NCBI GenBank assembly: GCA_045637205.1
Contig: JAZTYY010000078.1
Location: 952-64,951 of the forward strand
Origin: Eubacteriales bacterium
GTDB taxonomy: Bacteria; Bacillota; Clostridia; Oscillospirales; CAG-272
Reading direction: 5' to 3'
DNA: 64,000 nucleotides
Positions 16,592-21,719 of this stretch are shown piece after piece. Under the pieces are notes generated by a model that was given only the letters and a program-made list of their open reading frames with translations, made no database searches and was not told the origin of the DNA. Every line of letters begins with the position of its first letter. The stretch's first letter is position 1. The position numbers were made by a program, and so were the translations under genes.

Positions 16592-16766
16592 TTTTGCTTT
16601 CCCTCGTCGTTCTTGCATCAATTGGTTTTTCGGCATCTTCCGGGATTACCCATGCATCTCCAAGTTTGAAAACGCCTTTAATTCTTCCTTCGGCACACAA
16701 AATTTGAACTCTTCTCTGCGAAATGTTCCACTTTCGAGCAGCTTGGCTTGCAGTCATGTACTTCAT
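16584..16766 (-). CDS. small HTH_17/excisionase-family DNA-binding protein (controller or Xis-like)
   Basis: MTASQAARKWNISQRRVQILCAEGRIKGVFKLGDAWVIPEDA matches the MerR-superfamily HTH_17 pattern. GGAGGT RBS. First gene behind the promoter. Confidence 0.7.
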   Translation of the reverse strand: MKYMTASQAARKWNISQRRVQILCAEGRIKGVFKLGDAWVIPEDAEKPIDARTTRESKND

Positions 16767-16808
16767 GTTTTACCTCCATTTATTCCACGGGGCGAATAAT
16801 ACAACCCT

Positions 16809-16837
16809 AGTATACCATACATTCTCTTTTTTGACAA
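16809..16837 (-). promoter_or_regulatory. sigma-70-type promoter TTGTCA-17-TATACT (TG-extended) for the HTH/R-M operon
   Basis: Minus strand reads TTGTCAAAAAAGAGAATGTATGGTATACT. A plus-strand TTGACA-17-TATAAA (16831-16859) overlaps it divergently. Confidence 0.6.
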
Positions 16838-16890
16838 GATATAAATTAGTATTTATAAAAAATTTTAGTATTAATGAACATTCATTTCAT

Positions 16891-16932
16891 GTTACGCAAT
16901 CACTCAAGTTTTGTTACGCAGGCCGCTACGCA
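16891..16932 (+). repeat. cluster of three YTACGCA motifs (GTTACGCA 16891, GTTACGCA 16913, GCTACGCA 25 at 16925) with 22-nt and 12-nt spacing
   Basis: Same motif, order, orientation and 22/12 spacing as the cluster at 19342-19383. Lies 54-95 nt upstream of the -35 of the R-M promoter. Confidence 0.6.
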
Positions 16933-16944
16933 TCAAGTCCTGAG

Positions 16945-16988
16945 TTTAAAAAACGTACCGTCGGAATCGGCTAGATTCTCGGCGGTAC
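16945..16988 (-). terminator. imperfect 14-bp hairpin GTACCGCCGAGAATC-loop-GATTCCGACGGTAC followed by GTTTTT (minus strand)
   Basis: Stem at 16955-16968/16974-16988 with one bulge. A T-run is present on the minus strand only. Possible distal terminator of the ATPase gene. Confidence 0.4.
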
Positions 16989-17028
16989 ACTATTAAAAAA
17001 GTTATGCAATTTGTCTAAAAATACACTA

Positions 17029-17074
17029 AAATAAGGTAATACAGCTGGGAGAGCGCTACCTTGGGGTGGTAGAG
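17029..17074 (+). pseudogene. 5' portion of a tRNA-Pro(GGG)-like gene: D-loop and anticodon arm intact, acceptor and D-stem 5' strands decayed
   Basis: CAGCTGGGAGAGC is a canonical D-loop/stem. CTACC-TTGGGGT-GGTAG is an anticodon arm with U33, anticodon GGG and G37. tRNA similarity ends at 17074. Confidence 0.45.
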
Positions 17075-17170
17075 ACCCCAAGTGCAAGAATTGACCAGCT
17101 GCGCCACACCCTTATACTGTTTCCCCGCTGCTTAGAACTTATTTTATCGTGTTTTCGCAACCAATATAAT

Positions 17171-17214
17171 GGGCCTGTTCTTACCTGCTTCGAGGGTTGA
17201 ACAAGCCCGTTTTT
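17171..17214 (+). terminator. plus-strand hairpin GGGCCTGTTC-N18-GAACAAGCCC followed by GTTTTT
   Basis: 10-bp stem with one mismatch at 17171-17180/17199-17208, followed by a T-run. Would stop plus-strand transcripts from the tRNA-like region. Confidence 0.35.
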
Positions 17215-17307
17215 CGCCTTTGACCACATGTTTGACCACTTGCGGAGATTTTTGCTCTATTTACACTTAATAGTACTATTTCGAAGTTCTATATTATAAT
17301 TTAAATA

Positions 17308-19194
17308 TCAAACCTCAATGGGGTCTTTTATTCCACAAATATCCTTAATAACATCAAAGATTTTTGCAAAATTCGAAAAATCAAAGTCTGCTGCATACTC
17401 ATCTTGATCTAAGATCAATTGTGCAAAATCATCCTTAGGCAATGCAACAGAATGTTGCATTTCTGGGTCATCTGCTACCATATAAACCTTTTCATCAATC
17501 ACCCCATTTATTAACACCTTATTTTTAATGCCACTAATACGCGTTTGATACTTTGCGTCCTTACCTATACCCGTTGAGTAGAATTCTTCTCCCAAAAACA
17601 ATCTACGCCCTTGAGAATCAACCTTCAACAAATCATCTTTAGAGTAATAGTGCTCAATAGACGTGTATTTTCCATACACATCTTCATTTACCATTGGAAT
17701 AGAAAATGCATAAATGTTAGGATATAGTTCAATATACTCTACTCCTGAATCTCCAACAGTTTTTTTGCATATTTCTTCATTGTCACGATCAAACATACCG
17801 ATCAACTTTCTGCTGGGAGAAGCAATATTAAACTGTTTCAAAAGTTCCATTAATGTAGTATCGCCCATTGTATCTTCATATTCATAGATATCTATGGGCA
17901 AGTCTAGACCAAGCTTCTTAATTGCTGATTTAAGATGCTTCCAATCACTCTTTCCTTCCGTAATAATGAGAGGTCTTTGAGATTTTTCGGTTTCTGCAAA
18001 TAACAAATTGTATTTTTTTGCAAAACGTTCATTCTCACTCACCATCATATTGTATACTTCTTCGAAAAGATCATTATTGTATGGTGTACACCTTAATCCA
18101 TTGTTGTCCAAATCAAATATCGAATAACATATATCTGCACTTTGCTCAAGTCCCAAATTAAAAAACGGAGAATGCGATGTTACTACAAACTGAACATTAG
18201 GAAACAGCTTCATAAGAGAAGGTAAAACTTCCTTCTGCAGTTTAATATGTAGGTGCTTGTCTATTTCATCTATAAGAACTACTCCCGATACGCTACTGAA
18301 ATCATGCTGAATATTGTCAGCTTGTCTGGTGATTTCTCCAAACAGACTAACTAATGCTAATTCGCCGGAAGACATATTGAATATTGATGGATATAAATGT
18401 CGGCCACTAATTTTTTCAATAATTTGGATTCTTGTAAAACCAGATTGACGCGGACCTATTCCCAGTCTTACTGGCACTTTAACCTTGGATCGTAACAATT
18501 CACTAAAGATCTTGTTTAGATGTTCCCAGTTTCTCTGAGCTCCAGTTTTATACAATTCGCTATCCAAGACTATATCCATAATCCAATTCGCAATATCTGG
18601 CAAATTAGAAGTTACTTCAATCGGGTTAGTCAGATATCCTGTAAATCCCATATCCTTCTTAAATGATAAAGATACCGCATATGGATCATTAAGATAAGAG
18701 GGTTGCTCATATCTATACGCCGGGAAATAAGTCATTAAATTTGACTCAAACAAGTTTCTAATCTTTTCCTTATCAGTTATGGTAAAGTATTTAACAACAG
18801 ATGATTTATCAGACTTATTTTTTAATGTAGCATATGCAATTGGATTTGAAATTTCAACATCTTGATTATAATTACTCTCATCACTTAAGTCACGTATATC
18901 AATATAATCAATATTTTCATTATCATCAACGAACCTCAGATAGACAAACGAATGTTTGGATTTGTCTAATACTGTAATTCCAGAAGATACTCTATAAAAT
19001 TTGTTTTCAATCCCCTCAAACTGAAAAGCAAAACCTTTCTTGGCAAATTCAAAAAAAGCATCTACCACATAAGACATTATAGTTGTTTTACCAGCCCCAT
19101 TTATTCCAGACAGGACTGTAATATTGCTATCAAAATTTAACTTCAAATTTTCGAACGGCGCTCTATTGAATATTTGCATTTCCTGTAACCGCAT
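17308..19194 (-). CDS. ABC/SMC-type ATPase (AAA_15/21-like) fused to a TOPRIM/DUF4435-like domain; fused AriA-AriB (PARIS-like) or class-1 OLD-like defence protein
   Basis: Walker A GINGAGKTT. Walker B and downstream VVLIDEIDKHLH....VVTSHSPFF. C-terminal IITEGKSDW (TOPRIM Glu) and GMFDRDNE (DxD). ATG at 19194 is preceded by GAGGAG. Confidence 0.55.
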   Translation of the reverse strand: MRLQEMQIFNRAPFENLKLNFDSNITVLSGINGAGKTTIMSYVVDAFFEFAKKGFAFQFEGIENKFYRVSSGITVLDKSKHSFVYLRFVDDNENIDYIDIRDLSDESNYNQDVEISNPIAYATLKNKSDKSSVVKYFTITDKEKIRNLFESNLMTYFPAYRYEQPSYLNDPYAVSLSFKKDMGFTGYLTNPIEVTSNLPDIANWIMDIVLDSELYKTGAQRNWEHLNKIFSELLRSKVKVPVRLGIGPRQSGFTRIQIIEKISGRHLYPSIFNMSSGELALVSLFGEITRQADNIQHDFSSVSGVVLIDEIDKHLHIKLQKEVLPSLMKLFPNVQFVVTSHSPFFNLGLEQSADICYSIFDLDNNGLRCTPYNNDLFEEVYNMMVSENERFAKKYNLLFAETEKSQRPLIITEGKSDWKHLKSAIKKLGLDLPIDIYEYEDTMGDTTLMELLKQFNIASPSRKLIGMFDRDNEEICKKTVGDSGVEYIELYPNIYAFSIPMVNEDVYGKYTSIEHYYSKDDLLKVDSQGRRLFLGEEFYSTGIGKDAKYQTRISGIKNKVLINGVIDEKVYMVADDPEMQHSVALPKDDFAQLILDQDEYAADFDFSNFAKIFDVIKDICGIKDPIEV

Positions 19195-19244
19195 GTTATT
19201 TTCTCCTCGTACTGACAATTGTGCTAAATGTGTATTACATGCAT

Positions 19245-19273
19245 ATTATATCACAAAATTCGTCCTTTTTCAA
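19245..19273 (-). promoter_or_regulatory. consensus promoter TTGAAA-17-TATAAT (TG-extended) for the ATPase-TOPRIM gene
   Basis: Minus strand reads TTGAAAAAGGACGAATTTTGTGATATAAT. Confidence 0.6.
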
Positions 19274-19341
19274 CAATATTATGTAAACAAGGCGACGAAT
19301 TTCTACGCCGCCTTATCATATATAATTCCATTGTCTTCCCT

Positions 19342-19383
19342 GCTACGCAATTTGGTTATATTCGCTACGCAGTTTGTTACGCA
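19342..19383 (+). repeat. second cluster of three YTACGCA motifs (19342, 19364, 19376) with 22-nt and 12-nt spacing
   Basis: GCTACGCAATTTGGTTATATTCGCTACGCAGTTTGTTACGCA. Same architecture as 16891-16932. About 127 nt from the 14-bp core repeat, compared with 129 nt on the left. Confidence 0.6.
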
Positions 19384-19509
19384 ATGATGCTTTTAAGTTA
19401 TTTTATGATGCTAAAACGCTATTCACTTCACACAAAAAAACAGGTCAAATAATGAACTTAATGCCTCTACTCGCTGTGAGTAATGACCGAAAGTTTAAAA
19501 ATTGACCAG

Positions 19510-19554
19510 TTGGGGTGGTAGAGGCCGCAGGTTCAAGTCCTGTCACTTAGACCA
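19510..19554 (+). pseudogene. 3' portion of the tRNA-Pro(GGG)-like gene (anticodon loop through CCA)
   Basis: TTGGGGT-GGTAG-AGGCC-GCAGG-TTCAAGT-CCTGT-CACTTAG-A-CCA has a canonical T-arm and an encoded CCA. No matching 5' half lies upstream of it. Confidence 0.6.
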
Positions 19555-19586
19555 ATCGGACGTCCAAATGGGCGTCCGATTTTTCT
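19555..19586 (+). terminator. hairpin ATCGGACGTCC-AAAT-GGGCGTCCGAT followed by TTTTT, immediately after the tRNA 3' end
   Basis: 11-bp stem with one G-U pair at 19555-19580, followed by a T-run at 19581-19585. Confidence 0.65.
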
Positions 19587-19940
19587 TTATTTATCAATAT
19601 TTGATAAGCAACGTATTTGCCTGTGTCAAGAGGCTTGCCGTTTTCGTCGGTATCTCTGATAGTTCTAAAAGCAATCTTTTCCTTGTTGATTCCATCCTTT
19701 TGAGCTTGGTCGGGGGTGCGAGCGGAATTTTTATTGCCATTTTTATTTTGAGTATTGACAAACGCATTTGCTTTGTGTATAATGGTATTAGAGTCAAGAC
19801 GAGTTATAATGTTGGGAAATTGTATCCCAAGGTTCACTGACAACTCTTGACTCTTATTTTTATTCCAATAAATTTCAGTTATATCACGAAATCAACCACA
19901 AATCAACATTATTTTTTAATTGTTTCGTAAAATTACTTGC

Positions 19941-19975
19941 AAAAAAGAGCTTGACGCTATTGGTCAAGCTCTTTT
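19941..19975 (-). terminator. hairpin AAAAAA-GAGCTTGAC-GCTATTG-GTCAAGCTC-TTTT downstream of pfk
   Basis: 9-bp stem at 19947-19955/19963-19971 with A/T runs on both sides. The arms are identical to the hairpin at 4902-4926. Confidence 0.7.
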
Positions 19976-19997
19976 ATATTGTATTTGATTGTGTAAA

Positions 19998-21137
19998 TTA
20001 GTCACCAAATGAGATACCTGTATTACGAGCAGTTTTCACTACGAAGCCGTTGGGATCAACGTTGTGGCTACCACCCTTACTTGTTTCACCTGTAGCACCA
20101 CTACCAAGCACCTTTTCAAGTGATACAGTCTGAGGAATTGCATTATAAATTGTAACCATTTCACCGCTCTTACCCTCAAAGAGAGCATCTACTGCAAGTG
20201 ATCCAAGCTTTGTGCAAAGGCTTCTATCGTACTGGCATGTTTCACCACCACGCTGTGTATGACCGATATTTGTTGCACGAACTTCCTTGCCACCAAGCAA
20301 TTCTTCAAGCTGAGATGCAAGCTGATCACCAACGCCACCAAGACGAATTGTATCAGCACTGTCAGCAACGATCTTCTTAATAACAACGTCGCCATCCTTG
20401 GGCTTAGCGCCTTCAGAAACAACGATTACTGTATCATACTGTCCCTTTGCATCACGTTCCTTGATAACTTCAGCAATTTTGTTGATATCATAAGGAATTT
20501 CGGGCAAAAGAATAATATCAGCGCCACCGGAAAGACCACCTTCAAGTGCAAGCCAACCACAGTTTCTACCCATAACTTCAAGAATCTGAACTCTATCGTG
20601 TGAAAATGCTGTTGTTCTAACTCTATCAACTGCATTGCAAATTACACCAAGAGCAGTTGTAAAGCCGAATGTAATATCAGCATATGAAACGTCATTGTCA
20701 ATTGTCTTGGGAACACCAATTACCTTAACGCCCTTTCTTGCAAAGTCACGTGCACTTGTAAGAGTGCCGTCACCACCGATAACTACAAGAGCATCAATGT
20801 TGAGATTTTTAAGGTTTTGAACAGCAACGTCACTTACGTCCTTGTGCTGAATGTTTCCGTTTTCATCACGGTAAGCATAGTTGAAAAGGTTATCCTTATT
20901 TGAGTTTTTAAGGATTGTTCCCCCCTGGTTCAAGATGTGTGCTGTATTTTCAGCTGTAAGCTCCATATAATTATTTGCATATAATCCTGCATATCCCTTT
21001 TTGAAGCCAATAACCTCACAACCGTATTTGTTAATTGCAGTAAGTGTTACAGCTCTTACAACCGCATTAAGACCTGAGCAGTCGCCACCACCGGTCAAAA
21101 CGCCAATTCTTTTAATTTCAGACATATTTTTCTCCAT
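19998..21137 (-). CDS. pfkA: 6-phosphofructokinase (PfkA family; phosphoryl-donor specificity not determined)
   Basis: IGVLTGGGDCSGLNAVVRAV, VVIGGDGT, PKTIDND, MGRNCGWLA, GHTQRGG. Confidence 0.85.
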   Translation of the reverse strand: MEKNMSEIKRIGVLTGGGDCSGLNAVVRAVTLTAINKYGCEVIGFKKGYAGLYANNYMELTAENTAHILNQGGTILKNSNKDNLFNYAYRDENGNIQHKDVSDVAVQNLKNLNIDALVVIGGDGTLTSARDFARKGVKVIGVPKTIDNDVSYADITFGFTTALGVICNAVDRVRTTAFSHDRVQILEVMGRNCGWLALEGGLSGGADIILLPEIPYDINKIAEVIKERDAKGQYDTVIVVSEGAKPKDGDVVIKKIVADSADTIRLGGVGDQLASQLEELLGGKEVRATNIGHTQRGGETCQYDRSLCTKLGSLAVDALFEGKSGEMVTIYNAIPQTVSLEKVLGSGATGETSKGGSHNVDPNGFVVKTARNTGISFGD

Positions 21138-21204
21138 TCTACTATTTTCTATATAGTCAATAAAATATTATTATATCTTTCGCGATTTTTTCGCATCTTT
21201 TCGT

Positions 21205-21233
21205 ATTATATCATAAAACTTTACATTTTTCAA
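21205..21233 (-). promoter_or_regulatory. consensus promoter TTGAAA-17-TATAAT (TG-extended) for pfk
   Basis: Minus strand reads TTGAAAAATGTAAAGTTTTATGATATAAT. Confidence 0.6.
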
Positions 21234-21261
21234 TATGTTTTTTAATATATCTTTGAAAAAT

Positions 21262-21483
21262 TCATTCAAATTTGTATTCTTGGATAAAAATAATTATTTG
21301 CGCCCACTCATAAGCGGTGAGATACTTCCACGAGAGTTCTATTTTGGCTACGTCGTGTCTTACAACAGCACCCACAACCTTGCCTTGAACATTACGTCCC
21401 GAATCAACAATTGTAGATGTGGTTGCATTATACGTTGACGGCTCGGGAAAATCGAAACCACCGATTGATACTAAAGCTGCCAT
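21262..21483 (-). CDS. orphan, apparently truncated phage protein (DUF6711-like N-terminal part)
   Basis: IGGFDFPEPSTYNATTSTIVDSGRNVQGKVVGAVVRHDVAKIELSWKYLTAYEW matches the conserved N-terminal half of a Firmicute prophage family of about 110-130 aa. The ORF stops early at 73 aa. GGAGGTG RBS. Confidence 0.45.
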   Translation of the reverse strand: MAALVSIGGFDFPEPSTYNATTSTIVDSGRNVQGKVVGAVVRHDVAKIELSWKYLTAYEWAQIIIFIQEYKFE

Positions 21484-21582
21484 AAGTTCACCTCCAAAAT
21501 ATTTTTAAAAATAAAAGAGCGCCTATCATAAAAGATAGACGCTCTTTGGCGTTCAATATTAAGTGCATTTTATCCTATTATC

Positions 21583-21611
21583 ATTATACTAGGATAATTA
21601 TGGTAAGTCAA
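21583..21611 (-). promoter_or_regulatory. promoter TTGACT-17-TATAAT driving the orphan phage-like ORF
   Basis: Minus strand reads TTGACTTACCATAATTATCCTAGTATAAT. Confidence 0.55.
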
Positions 21612-21646
21612 TATACCTATTCTATATATGAGTGGCAGCATAAAGA

Positions 21647-21672
21647 AAAGGAGCGCAGAAGCGCTCCTTTTT
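21647..21672. terminator. hairpin AAAAGGAGCGC-AGAA-GCGCTCC-TTTTT after the giant gene
   Basis: GC-rich 7-bp stem with A/T runs on both sides. Confidence 0.7.
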
Positions 21673-21719
21673 ATTATTTGTTTTTATTATTTACTAATAA
21701 AAAATTTGCTTTTAATCAG

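Larger units (their letters stand above)
5862..19218 (-). other. defence island (three modules, all on the minus strand)
   Basis: Three MTases, an Mrr, a PD-(D/E)xK-type endonuclease, GHKL ATPases and an ABC-ATPase/TOPRIM protein are clustered here. tRNA-derived junctions lie at the right end. Confidence 0.7.
17075..19509. mobile_element. 2.4-kb cassette inserted at the anticodon loop/stem of the tRNA-like gene; carries only the ATPase-TOPRIM gene and no recombinase
   Basis: Bounded by the 14-bp direct repeat TTGGGGTGGTAGAG (17061-17074 and 19510-19523). AATTGACCAG lies near both ends (17089-17098, 19500-19509). Confidence 0.45.

Noticed and set aside
16723-16974. An 83-aa plus-strand ORF spanning the HTH gene start, the promoter and the repeat cluster
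   Set aside because: It overlaps a well-supported minus-strand gene and regulatory DNA. It has a low-complexity hydrophobic translation and no RBS.
17041-17110. An intact tRNA gene on either strand in the region CAGCTGGGAGAGCGCTACCTTGGGGTGGTAGAGACCCC...
   Set aside because: Only the D-loop and anticodon arm are tRNA-like. No T-arm (GTTCRANYC) or complementary acceptor strands follow on the plus strand. The minus-strand reading does not fold as a cloverleaf. I treated it as a tRNA-derived junction or pseudogene.
17308-19194. Gabija (GajA) or a retron-associated OLD nuclease as the identity of the ATPase-TOPRIM gene
   Set aside because: No GajB/UvrD-like helicase, no reverse transcriptase and no msr/msd-like inverted repeats are adjacent. 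A single-gene PARIS-like or OLD-like call fits better.
19502-19843. Track ORFs 19502-19840 (+), 19547-19843 (-) and 19594-19797 (-) right of the tRNA fragment
   Set aside because: The plus ORF is read through the tRNA 3' half and its terminator. The 98-aa minus ORF starts at TTG with no good RBS and ends inside the terminator/tRNA fragment. At best it is a gene remnant, and there are no recognisable motifs.
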